Part shown: piece by piece, positions 25,436 to 38,132 of the stretch
Position numbering within the stretch: position 1 is the stretch's first letter
Layout of the letters: each line of letters begins with the position of its first letter
Assembly (NCBI RefSeq): GCF_025526975.1
Contig: NW_026515702.1
Location: 1-64,000, forward strand
DNA: 64,000 nucleotides
DNA from: Fimicolochytrium jonesii
Lineage: Eukaryota
Direction: 5' to 3'
Notes under the pieces: generated by a model
Database searches by the model: none
Told to the model about the DNA's origin: nothing
The model's input: only the letters and a program-made list of their open reading frames with translations
Position numbers and translations under genes: made by a program

Positions 25436-27965
25436 ATGCGTGTGAAGAGCCGTATCTCTGCGAGTCAGCTTCGCCTTGCCTTTTGTGCACTTGCTGGCTC
25501 GCTGATGTCTTTCGTGCTCCTGGCCACATATTCACCGTATATTGGTAAGGCATCTTTGCGTGTGTTCGTGACAAGACCAATCAATCCTCACTGCTGCGAC
25601 ATCGCTCCACAATAGTGCGGAACTCCACAGTGGGCACCGTTTTCACCAGCAGTGGAACAGCCACCTCGGGGTCGATATTCTCCGGAGCTCGAGTGCGCAA
25701 CTTTCGTGATACGCGCCCCGTCCGATTGCTAGGCCCGGCCAGCCACAAGGACTTGGAAACGGTTCTCGCCAGCGGAGCGCCAGTAAATTGTCGTCTTTGG
25801 GCAGTAGTAACTACCATCTTTACTCCGTCAGAGGCGGTAAAGCGAACAGCAGGCCTACTTCCCGGATGGTGCATGGTGGTCGTAGCCGATCGTAAAGGCC
25901 CGAAAGGCTATGCTATCGATGAAGCTCCCGCCAACATCTTCTACCTTACCACCGCATATCAGGAAAAGTGGGCCGCTTTGTCTCCTTTTGTCGACTCGCT
26001 TCCTTGGAACCATTTCGGGCGAAAGAATGTTGGATACTTGTGGGCAATCACGCATGGCGCGCAGCAGGTGTGGGATTTCGACGATGACAATGAGCTTGTA
26101 GGAGACGGCATCGTCTTTCCGAACGACAGTACACGAATTTTCAGCTTGCCCAATTTCGCAGCGGAAGCGCTCAATCCCTACCCGATTATGGGTGCCCCAA
26201 CCGCCTGGCCTCGCGGATTCCCTTTGGAGCAAATAAAGAACGGTTCGACAATCCCCACGAGTGACGAAGGCTTATTGGGAAGCTGGGACGCACAGAAAAT
26301 AGGAGTAATTCAATCGCTTGCCAACCACGATCCCGATGTGGATGCCATCTACCGACTCACAAGACCATTGCCTTTGTACTTTGAGAGGCCATCGCCAAAT
26401 GAAATTCTGCTCATTCCCCGCAATACTTTGACTCCGTATAACGCTCAAGCTACCCTCCATCTTCACTCAGCGTTATGGGCGCTTCTACTGCCTATCACAG
26501 TTCATGGCCGTGTTTCTGATATTTGGCGTGGCTACGCGATGCAGGTGAGTACTTCCCGGATCTTCCATTTCCTGGATCGCAGAGTACTAATTCTTGATGA
26601 GTCTCCAGCGTCTTTTATGGGATGCGGGACTTCACGTGGCCTTCTCAGGTCCCTGGGTAAGGCAAGAACGTAATCCTCACTCATGGCTTGCAGACCTACA
26701 GGCCGAGACGGATCTCTTCGCCAAAAGTGGGAAACTCGTCGAATTTCTCCAATCATGGAAGGGTACGGGAGAAACCCTTCCGGAAAGGATTGAACAGCTT
26801 TTCATTGAGCTCTACGAACGCTCTTACATTGAACTTGATGATGTTCATTTGGCGCAACGATGGGTTGCCGAGCTAGCCTTCGCCGGCTACATTTTTCCAC
26901 CGATCGTGCGGAAACTGACCCTAGCTGTTCGTACTTTTGGCGGTGACATTGGAAGGCTCAATGATGGGTAAGCTTTTGGCCCTGAATTCCCCAGTTCTCT
27001 TGCTATGGGTTTATTAATTGTGAAGCGTTAGGCTGCTTCCGACAATGGAGATGTTTGTCGATAGGGCTGCGATCGAGGTGAAATTAGTCTTTGACGATGA
27101 AAATGAACGAGATCACAACGTCGGCGACTGCCTTTCCGCCAGCTACTCTATTGGATACGAAGGCCTTCCCGCAAATCATGAAATGATGTTCACGGGCAAG
27201 GCATGGGGAGGCGTACGCAATCCGGGCTACGATCGGCAACAATGGGCAACCTTCCATTTGGATCGGTTTACGGATAGTGATTATATTGGAGTGATAGACT
27301 CGGACGGCAGTCTTTTCTCCTTCCTGCACCCGGAATCAGGAGTCTTCGACGCTGATGGACGAGTCATTTGTAAATCCACCGCAAAACGAACTGGTTTGTG
27401 GCCGGGTGATGCGGGTGCCCTCCATATGGACGAGGAAGCCCTCGGAGATTTTATGTATCCGAACCGAATGCCAATCTGGTACCGGCGAGAAACATTTCAG
27501 AATGCGCGAAACTATATTGCTACCATCTGGAACATGACCTTTGACCAAGCTTTCGCTGAGATCGCAACGAAACGGTATTCGCAGTTTAATATAATGACGA
27601 ATTATGCGCTTAAGTACGAGAGCCGCTATTACAAGCTTGTGAAGGGGGATGACCCTGTCGGAGCCGTGAGTATCGGGTGTAACGGAGGATTTTGCACAAC
27701 GAAGGATATTCAAGTAGGCTGCTGCCGGACATTCGGGGTGGCCTGTACGGACGCTATCACGAATGACCACGAACATATGTTGCGCTGGTTTGAGACTGAG
27801 GATGAACCACCGGTGGCATTCCTCAATAATCATGGAATCGTGGATACATATTACGAGCAAGTGCACGAATATATTCGAGCACTTCCTAATGAAACAGTGG
27901 GCCACATGAGAGATCACTGCATGGAACACCTGGCAGGCCGTTCGACTCGGAAATGCGAAACCTAG
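25436..27965 (+). CDS. STELLO/DUF288-like glycosyltransferase fused to a second GT-A-like domain; join(25436..25544,25616..26544,26609..26967,27032..27965), ~776 aa
   Basis: WAVVTTIF, VVVADRKGP, RKNVGYLWAI, DFDDDN, WPRGFP, DPDVDAIYRL, RVSDIWR. C-terminal domain has GYDRQQW and IGVIDSDG. Confidence 0.8.
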
Positions 27966-28835
27966 CCTCGTGCAAGAGGTCAGTCGCAACAGCTGAAAGT
28001 AATGAGAGCATTACTATCGCTAATCGTCTCGAAAAATGAATCTAGAAGCCCTATGCGAATCGTATACAAGGACAAGCGTGACAATCATGGGTGCAAACCG
28101 TATACGAAGGGAACGCAACGATAATCTCATTGCTGGCTTGAACCCTGGCTGGATAATCTCATTACTGGTTATGAGCCAGTATTCTACCAGGGAATCAACC
28201 AGTAATGAGATTGAAACCTGGCTTGAAAGATTATTTCCAAGGCTGGCCATCCCAAAGGAACATCAAACACAAAGCAATGTGTTTCTATGTATTATCAATA
28301 CACAAATGTAATGCTTTCAGGGAGTAATGTTCCCAATCGTAAACATCTTGACACCTACGCATTTGAACTTCTCCGGTCATGCTTGAGGCTGTGGTGGCAT
28401 CGAGTTCGCCACAACATGTGCACAGTCAGTGCCAATGGCGCTCACGGGGTTAACGAAAAAGAGTCAGTACAGTATGCTTCTGGATATCGCGCATCCGGGC
28501 TGTGCCAGAGCACCTTACCAGTCCTTGAGCGCCACAATACCATGGCACATGTTGTTAGCACCAGCTTAACACCGGCGTATCTCGCCGGGTCAAGATACGC
28601 CGGATCAGTCAACACCGCACACCGGCAACGACGGAACCTTATCTCAAAGGCAGAAAACATATAGTCTTAACAGAATGTGGCAGGAGGAGTTTGTCCATAC
28701 ATCTAATGCGCATGTTTAAAGAGAACCTACTGATCGTCTAGTGGTATTGTGTTCTCCCCATATGGAATTGGGGAAGAAGAGGGTGAGGTTGATTGTTACA
28801 TGTTCTGGTCTATCCATCTATCATCCGACTGACCC

Positions 28836-30802
28836 TTACACGCCCAACACCTTCCTAATAGCAGGGAAGTTGGGGGTTCCCCAGCCAGTGACAGCATCCC
28901 AGCCCTTGCCGGCGGGGAACCCATCCGTGTTACAGCCGAGGGATGTACCATTGGTAACGTCGTTGAACGCCTTGTGTCCCGACTTGTACAGCCAGGGGTT
29001 CAAGAAACCCAAAGGCTTCTTGCCAGCCGCAAGTAAAGCGTCATTGACCAGCGCAAAGATGGCAGCAGCCGCGGGGGTAGCAGCACTGGTACCGTCCAAG
29101 CGGACAACCGTGCCGTTCCAGACGGTGAGGTAGCTCTGACCTTGAGCGGCGATGTCGGGGTAGGCGCGGCCGTGCTTGTTGTACAGACCCTTGTACTTGG
29201 ACTTGAGGGCCTTAACATAAGGGGAGACTGCGTTCTTCTGGTACTCAGGGCGATTGAAGTAGTTGCTGAAACCTCCCCCGGAGCTGAATCCGTTCCTCTC
29301 GTCGTAGGCAACGACCTCGGGGGCAAAGTTCTTCGTGGCTCCGACGGAGGTCCCATAGGGGCAGGAGCTGGGGAACTCGGGCAAGAAGGTCTTCCTGCGT
29401 GTGCCGTCGTTCGAAATGCAGGTGTCGTCACCGCCGACTCCGGAGTCGCCGCTAGCAAAGAACATGGAGACACCGCGGGCGCCGAGCTGGGCGAAGGTAT
29501 TACAGACCCTCTTGGCGTACGAGAGTGGAACGGTCTGTTCATCGTCGTCGTAGGAGGTGGAGATCACCTGGGGAAGATCCTTCTGGGCGAGCACGTACTG
29601 CAACCAGTCGAGGTAGGGCTCATTGGTGTTGGTGGGAGTGTTGGTGTCGTTCTTCCATGGTGGAGAACCACCGACGTTGTAGGCGGTGAGAGGGACGGGG
29701 TATGTGATGCCGAGGATCGTCTCCGAGTCAAGGTTTCCCTCAAGGTCCGCGCCGGCGTCCAATGCCTCAGGGCCTTCCTGGCCTTGGTGGTCAGTTCCGT
29801 TTTTGATGATCACCGTCTAGGAGGAGAGAAGAGAGGGTCAGTTTTGCGTGCTCTGCAACATTGGCACTATGTTTTGGGTCCTACCTTAAATGTGTCTGCT
29901 GCCCGGACCGCTTCGGGACGGGATATCTGAAGGAACCGGCGAGTGTCGCTACGGTTGTTGGATTCACCAAGGTAGTTGACCAAGGCAACCTTGCTAACGC
30001 CAGGCACCTGGGGTTTGTAGTTGAGGGTCCCGTAGAGGGTACGGAGACACAACGAGGTAACCAGGGTGGCATTGCAGTTCTGAACAACGGCATCCCGACC
30101 AGGAAGGAGACCGACACTCTGAATATGGGCGTGTTCTTTTGTGAAAGTTTCCACGACCTTCACGGGCTTTCTGCGGGTAGCGGGGCGGAAGAAGGAGTTG
30201 GTGGGGGAGATCATGTCGATGTGGTCGACGAGGTGTTGAGGGAGGGACCAGCTCGGCGTACGGACGACGACGGTGCCATCTTCGTGCATGTAGATGTGGT
30301 ACTCGGTCTGGAGCATGCGCTCGGCGGTGGTGACGGGCAGCTCAACGCTGATCCAGTCCTTCGCGTGGGAGTAGCCGAGCTTATCGGCGGAGATGTCGTG
30401 GGAAGCCAACCAGTCGTGGACGTCCTTCGACGCGCCGGTCGAGGGCTGAACAAGCTGATGGACTTCCGTTTGAGTCAAGTGCTGGCCATAGCGCGGATGT
30501 TCCGGGTCGGAGACTGGATGACAAGAGAAATCGTCAGCCTTCAAAAACAAACACCTGATTCTGCGAGAATCTAAGCCGAACATACCCTCGTACAAGTGAC
30601 GCTCAAGCTCATCAAAGTTGCTCTGCTTCAACGCAATGTCGAACTTCAAAACAAGGTCGGAGGGTGCACGAGTAACCTGAGTCCACTTGGCAGGCACGGG
30701 GTGGGTCTCCTTCACCGTGTAAGACTGGGCATGGGAGACCGGAGAGGCCGAGACCGAGGCTGCCGTGAGCACCGCGAGCGCGATTGATCCTGTGAAGCGC
30801 AT
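28836..30802 (-). CDS. Secreted tripeptidyl-peptidase (sedolisin, S53) with prodomain, 3 exons
   Basis: Signal peptide, VSDPEHPRYGQHL prodomain, EGNLD, ASGDSG, GGGFSN, GTSAATP, WDAVTGWGTP. Confidence 0.92.
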
Positions 30803-32399
30803 GGTGGAACTGGGGAGGATTCGGTGATGAGCATGAAGAGCAAAACTGGGGCAACAACGACATCGCTTGGCTTATATACCTCGGAGAACGTAGACCTATT
30901 AAAGCTTCACAGACACTCGCTCAGATAATCAGATCGGGAACTTCCATCCGCTTATTGCGGATTGCGAACACTGCGATCATGATCCATGCAGGGTGCGTAT
31001 GTACCACCCACAACACCGGACACCTCGCGGTCAGTACGGTTGCGGCTTTCGGTAAGCACAAAAATGCCTTGCCGCAACGTCTCATTCAAGTTCATCCAAC
31101 GTATTCCGTTGCGGATCGAGCTGCAAGTCTCAGCTGCCAATCGATGAGACCGGCGAGGTCGGGCAAAGAACGGTAGTGTCGCCCATCACCTTTAGCCCAA
31201 CGCCTGAACACAGTGCACGGCGTATGCTGTTCGCCCGGGCGTTCCCGATCTTCCTATCGATGTTCTCGAGTTTTTGCGCACATATTAGACATGACGCTAA
31301 CCTCAGTAATTCGGACCGTCACCAGTGACCACCCCAAACAGACTATTCGATAATTTCGATGAACCATTTTCCGACATCCGATACGATGATCCGAATTCCC
31401 GGGCCGGAAGGAATCCAAATATGCGAAAGTTCCACACCAAATTTGATTCCATAGTTGGTGATGAACGGCAATCTATTGGCGTTTGTGGATCCTTCCATTT
31501 GGCGCTCTTACGGCGCGGCGCATCCATGGTACATACAGTACATTCCGCCGGAATTCATTTCCTACCGTTACCCGCTCAGACCGCTGTCAAGTTCTATCGA
31601 CAGGCATGGTCATTTGAGGCGCGAAAGAGCAGAACGACGCGCTTCCACCTTTGGTACTGCAAGATAGTGATGAAGGAAAAGCGCTTCACGTAATATTCTT
31701 GGCTTCAAATCACCTCCATATCCTTGCATAGCAGCCTGAAGGGAGGTATTATAACTCACCTATTGCTTGGCGACCCACATGCCGGCGGTCCAACGAAAAG
31801 AACCAGACTGCTCTAGGATGGCCCTCGGCGGTTCTGATAACCCCTAGACGCTGCTGGGAGGGCTGCCGGCCTGTCGTCACTTTCTGAGAATGTTATGTAA
31901 AGTGTTTCGTGAGTACATATTCATGGAGCTCGAGTGGCGGCAAGGCGCAAGATGAAGGAGCGCCTGGTGGTCCCATACCCGAGTAGGAGAGGGTGTTCCG
32001 ACAGACCATTGAGCTTGAAGTAAATGAAGCTAACAGCATAGCTGATTTACACCCAATTGGAGTACCGGAAGCATGCAGTACATGTAGCATTTGCAGACAG
32101 GACTTATCAAAAGATGCAATAACCAAATCGGAGGGGCACTTCGCTTGATCGTGTCCAACGCGGCTGTGTCTGAAGCCTTGAGAAACGCCTACGTATTGTG
32201 ATGTCCGCACATCCCACAGTGCAATTGCATGGGTTGAAAGATCTGTCTACATTCATCGCGAAATAGGAACGCTAGTTTTAGTACTGCCGTCTTCCCCACT
32301 AGCTACAGATGTATCATGATTTGATGCTTGCTTTGCGGAACTATCAAAGGCTCCCAGTGATATTGGAAAAGGTCCACTTGCTGCAGAACCGCAGCCCCA

Positions 32400-33591
32400 T
32401 CACCGCTGCATATCTTCTTCAGCATCGGCAAACTGATCTTCTTGCGCCGATTCCCGCGGTTGCTGCTGTTGTTGTTGTTCTTGAGCCTGCTGCGAAAACG
32501 GGTTTGGTCCAGCAAACACCGAGCTGAGGTGATCCAGCGCCGCTTGTTGCAGGTCATTGAGCTCTTGTGCCGATTCAGGCGTCGTGTACCAATCGTTTGA
32601 ATCTTCCTCGTCGGCGTCTTGGTCGTCCCCTACTTCTGTTGGGTCCGGGTGGAGGGCTGCGCAGGAGGAGATGGCTTGGTATAGTGCGTCCACTGGAATG
32701 ACAGATCACGAGTAAGCAACTGTGGCTTTCGGTATAAGTTAACATAATAGCCGCAACTTACGTCCAGTAACATCATCCGGAACTAGCCTAAATTCAGGTG
32801 TGGAGTCCTCTTCCACCTTCTCGTCATCCTCTTCATCCTCTTCCTCCGCTCTTGCGCTTGGATTGGTAACATTGCCATTGGCATCCCTCTGAGATTCGAT
32901 CACGGCAGTGGGTAAAGAGTGAGTTTTGACGGTTGCCGAGTCAAGTTGTGCGTATATGTGGGGGATGTTGACGCCAGTGACATCGTCGCCGTGTCGAGAG
33001 ACGGCATGGATGCCTATTGATGGGTAGTCGATGGCTATGCAGATAGATGTCGACGGGTTGAAGAAGACAATTTGTCTGCAATAGGTGTAGGAGGCGTTTC
33101 AGTTTGAGTCCGGGGATACCAACACGTACGAAAGGACGCCGTTTTGTCCGTCGCCTTAGTCAATTCATCAAGCTTGCTAGTCCTTAATGTTATGCAATTC
33201 CCGCAATCAGGGCAAGCATGCCCCATGCTTGGTTTTATCCAGCAAACCTTTACGCCCTGACCGTCTCTCCACATCTCCCGGGATAACTAGGTCTCCTGTT
33301 CCCACTCCAGCCTGCCGACTGCAACCACCATCCATCCGCTGCTCCCACTCACGTTTCAGCAATGTATAGTTCACCCTTCCCAGGCACGACGCCTGTGGCC
33401 AACGCGGGTGTAAACAGTAAGGTCACATTCTGTTGCATGTGGCGAACGCGGGGCAGCAAGGCGGGCTGCTGAGTGGCGGAGACAGCGTCAACCATATCAC
33501 AGCTCGGCTGCAGCTGTTGCTGCTCGTATGCTTGCCATGTTTGAGTTGGCGAGATCAGTTCGGGAAGAGTGGATGAAATATGGATGGGCAT
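32400..33591 (-). CDS. pICln/Lot5-like (Voldacs domain) protein, multi-exon
   Basis: GKGELYIAE, IDYPSIGIHAVSR, HIYAQLD, acidic tract, LVPDD, DALYQAISSCAALHPDP, C-terminal QFADAEE. Confidence 0.8.
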
Positions 33592-34323
33592 TTTGCGTTG
33601 AGGTTCGAACTAAGTTGGAGAGCGTCTAGAGTAGTGGACTTCGGCCTGCTGCTGCGAACGGGGCAGAGCTGTGATTGGATGTGGCGCAGGTGGCGCAGAG
33701 CACTTACATAATGCGCTGCCTCCGTCTTCGACAGTTGACCATCGACACATCCGCGTTCCGGACAGCTGAATCCTGAGGGGATCCTGTAAGTCAGTCTTAA
33801 ACGGTTCTGGTGCGGTGGGTACATTTCGGGAATTGGCGCCCTGAATCCCCCATATCATCATCCGCCTTCCTTACCTTGCAATGTATTATGAATGGGAGCC
33901 GGCCAAGGCGTGAACGAAATGCACATCCGCAAATATGAAAGTGCAGCTCTATACACACCCTCATCACCCGACGCTACCACCTACCACAGCTCAGATCTCT
34001 CAAACATGGCTTTGCCACACGGGAACGTGTGGTCTTCGATGCCAATACACTCCTGACTAACATGGGCGCATTTATTCGATGAGTGGGAGTGGACACGAAG
34101 GGAAGCCGGGCTTAACCTTTTAGGTCTGCACTCAGCAGTCTCCATGATTCCCCGCGTAAGGAGTGAAGGAATTCGACCGCTAAGAGCACGGAGGGAGAAA
34201 AATAGCGAACAGAGCACCAAAGCGTAGCATACAGGGAAGACAAACAATGCAAGAGAGTTTAACGGCCAAGTCTTAAGTAGCTACTTCTCCGGTTCACGAT
34301 AAACTACATCACATGCAGTCACA

Positions 34324-36172
34324 CTACATAGGTGCGGGTTTGTGCTGTCGCCTTGCAAACGCGTCTACCGCAAAGCGTTTGAAGCGACGCAAGGCGACTG
34401 CGTCTCGAGCAAGTTGTCGCACCATCATGTCCATAGCATCTCCTGGTTGTGACGGCCCATCGTGCCAGATGAAGTGCCTGCGCACTCGCAACATAGCTTC
34501 TTGCATCTCTTTTATTCTTGACTGTGGGATCTTAGCCAGCTCGTCCACAAAGTTATAGCCGGGTTCGAAGATCTTGGATTCAGGGATGAAAATCGCTACC
34601 GACTCCCAGTCCACGAAATCCTCGTATGGGAGGATGCACAGGTCACAGATCATCACCTGAGGGAGAGTCCGAGGCGGTTTGAGAATGTTGAGTCAGTGTT
34701 GGTAACCCGATAAGATAAGATCGCATCTCCCTGCTGAGAGATGCCCTCAAATTACCGGAATTGTCCCCCCCATCAATAATGAGAACGATCGGCGTGCTGT
34801 CCTGATGTCTCCGGCGGTGCTCGGTCCGAAAACGCCACGATCGTTGACCGCTGGTACATCGGAAATTTTTCTGCGTTCGGTCATGAGCACTGCCAGCGTG
34901 TCATTGTGCCTCGCGTTCCTATCAGCCATTTGATCTAGAACAGCTTGCCGTATGCTGATAACGATTCCGTCAATATAATAGATCATACCAGCACGTAGAG
35001 GAGACTGGTACACTCACGCTGCTGCATTCGCAGGAATTGTCCCGATCCACACAGCGAGTTTATCATGGTTGGAAATGTGCTCTTTTACTTCTGCTTCCCC
35101 CATATTGGCGAATCGTGGATCCGGGTATCTGATGAGAACAAATGAGAAGGATAGTCCAAAGCATATTGTTCCCTCGTGAACGGCGCCATGAGAGAGTCTT
35201 ACGATATAATAATGCTGTTTCGTTCTCGTCGAAATACTTCTCCATCCAACAGTCTCTCGTCTGTTCCCGTCAAGCCCACAGGAAGACTCCAGATTTCGGG
35301 CGTAATGTAGTTTATGTTGGGCATGAGGCTGCGCAGATTTGCCAAAGCGCCCTCCCCCTGAGAGAATCGAGGTTTTCAATTGACGAGAACTTCAGATACA
35401 CATACAAACTGTTCACATACCAACGCGTAATGATCGTGCCCTTTGAAAATCTCTGCCTCCGGTTGCTGTGCTACCCATTTGAATACTTTGCAGTACGGTG
35501 TAAATTTCCAATCCACACGAGGGCGTTCAGCAGAAGAGCAACTTACCCTTGTCGCTGTGATCGGAAGGGCCCCACATATTAGACCCTATGCCCTTTATGA
35601 GAAATTACCGCTGAGGCATGAGCTCCTGCGCTTCCGAATTATCAATGATGGCATGCTCACCAATACTGGGACCACAAAAGCATCTGCCTCGCTTCTCTTA
35701 CTCGTGTGGCAAGGATGCAGTTTCAGATACTTCCAGATGTACACCTCTGCCGAATGATGGGATTCACTGCCGGACGGTTGAGTGTAACGCGTATGCAACG
35801 GCTTTTCTTAACGGAAAGCTCCTGGAAAACTCACCCATCATTTGGATCCAAGTACGGCGGGTTGCGGTCCAAGACAGGTTGATAGAGTTCCATTGGTACG
35901 TCATAAACATGGAAGCGGAACCCACGCCTGTAGCCGTTCGACGTTATCTCATCGCCGAGACACTCGAACTCCTCAAAGGGACGTGTATCTGCTGCTTTGT
36001 CGGTCCTGTTGAAGTGGTCGGCTACGGATCCGGGAAGGATACGAAGCAACTTCTCCGGGCGTTGCGCGAATAGCGTAAGGAGTAAGGTGAAGAACACCGT
36101 CATGATTGTGAACCCCCCTATAACTGGCAAATACCCCTTGAGGGACGCCGCACACCTACAAAGCCGACTCAT
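34324..36172 (-). CDS. Exostosin/GT47-family glycosyltransferase, type II membrane, multi-exon
   Basis: TM segment, FRFHVYDVP, EADAFVVPV, GHDH, GD..TARR..GTIPV, LPYEDFVDWESVAIFIPE, RRHFIW..DA. Confidence 0.85.
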
Positions 36173-36440
36173 TGTCAAACCGCTTTGGGGAAACGTTTGT
36201 AGTTGATCAACCGTCGACTAGAAGTGAGTGAGCGGAAGGAAGGAAGAGAGGCGATCGCAGTGACGTAGGATATATTCAAAGGAGCTCCCGATGGAATTGA
36301 GCACGCGAACATCTCCCCCAGCAGTGTGCTGGATGATGACTGCGGATTGAACGCGCTCGTTGCTCGATTTACGCGTAATGACTTGCTCTACTCGCGCGCT
36401 TGACCTTCCCAGGCCAAAGGCTCCATCCTTGAGCAAAGCG

Positions 36441-37994
36441 ATGTCCAACCGCGAGAACCCGCAGAAGTACTCTGTCCTGCCGCCGGATCGCGACCACAGG
36501 GATTCTGAATCTGGAGATGGGAGAGTCATCAGGGAAACGCAAGAAGAGCGGGCCTTGAGCCGCGTGCCGGCCGCGGTGTTTGTGTGGTACGTTCTATAAA
36601 GGACAGTCCTCTGGACGCGGTGGAGTGAACAAATGGGTCTCTTTGCCCCTTAGCTTTTGGGTGGCATGCTCAAGCGGCCTGATTTTGTATAATAAATCCG
36701 TCTTGCAAGTTTTCCGTAAGTTGAAGGATGGAAAGGCTGGCATTGAGAAAAGTGTAGGCATTGATTGATGTGTAACCCAAGCTAAGCATATTCTCGCAAT
36801 CCACTCTGCAGCGTTTCCGATGTTTTTGACGACATTCCACTTGGCCTTCGCAACATGTGCCACCCAGATCCTATACCGAACGACAAACATGCTGCAAGGA
36901 GTTGATCATACCCCTATGTCGCCGGCGATCTATGTCAAAGCGGTCTTGCCAATAGGCTTGTCCTTCTCGATCAGCTTGATCCTGTGCAACTCCGCGTACA
37001 TGTACCTATCTGTAGCTTTCATTCAAATGATCAAGGTAGGCCAATACTTTTTGTACGAAGGAATACCACGGGAATCTTCCGCTATTGCCAACTGTCTTAC
37101 AAAACCTATATCCGAATCCCAGTCAAGCACGTCCGTAATGGTCTTGGTCATTTCGTGGATTCTGGGCGTCTCCAAGCCAAACAGAGCGGTGCTCTTGCCG
37201 GTGCTTGTTATCGTTTCCGGCGTTTTCATTGCGTCCCTCGGGGAGTTGGCCTTTTCTTGGATAGGCATCTTTATTCAATTTGGGGGCACGTTCACTGAAG
37301 CGGTACGCTTGGTGCTGATGCAACAACTGCTCAGCAGTTACGACATGAACCCTTTGACATCCCTTTACTACTTTGCGCCGGTAAGAAACTCAACAGGATT
37401 GTAGCCTAAGTTTCGGGCACTTTGAAACAACATCATCTTCCTTCTTTTAGATTTGCGCAGTCATGAATGGGGTGGCCTTTTATATTTTTGAGTATCCAAC
37501 CTTGACATCCAAGTATTTTGCCGCCGTCGGAGCAGTTAACTTGGTAGCCAACGGTTACGTGGCGTTTGCACTGAACATATCGCTCGTATTGCTGGTAAGT
37601 TGGGCTGGCTTAAAACCTCCGTATCAGGGAAGAAGTACTGAAGTATTCGCTTCACGTCTCGCACACCCACGCATGCACGCAGATTGGAAAAACATCCTCA
37701 TTGGTGGTCTGCTTGTCTGGGGTCGGCAAGGACATGATACTCGTTGTCGTGTCCTCCATCATTTGGAGCACTCCTTTTACAATGCTCCAACTCTATGGTT
37801 ACTCGTTAGCCCTTGGCGGTCTGGTGTGGTACAAGGAGCCTCAAGTCTTCGTGCACTGCCTAAGTGTATTACCGCGCTTTTCCGCCTCGCATAGTGCGCC
37901 GAGAAGGTTGGGACGACAGTCGAAGTCGGATGCAGAACTTGACGAAGTGCCGTTGGCGAGGAGAAGCACGCAATTGAATGACGACGAAGTGTGA
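36441..37994 (+). CDS. TPT-family (SLC35/NST) Golgi transporter 2, paralogue of 19915..21328
   Basis: FPMFLTTFHL, YLSVAFIQMIK, IASLGEL, EAVRLVL, MNPLTSLYYFAP, SGVGKD. Intron positions match transporter 1. Confidence 0.9.
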
Positions 37995-38132
37995 ACCGAT
38001 GTCAATCTGAAGTGTGCTGATGATATGGCCTTTTCGTCAAAGAAGTCTCATTTTTTGAATATGGGGAGGAATGGGGAGGATGGGAAAGGCTAATAACTAC
38101 TGTGTACATATATGCGTATTCCCAGGCTGCCC

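Noticed and set aside
29142..30574. Long plus-strand ORFs opposite the sedolisin gene
   Set aside because: Antisense shadows of a codon-biased gene; no recognisable motifs.
31325..31693. GIHFLPLPAQT resembles a pogo/Tc1 transposase motif
   Set aside because: Match too short; no DDE residues or TIRs identified.
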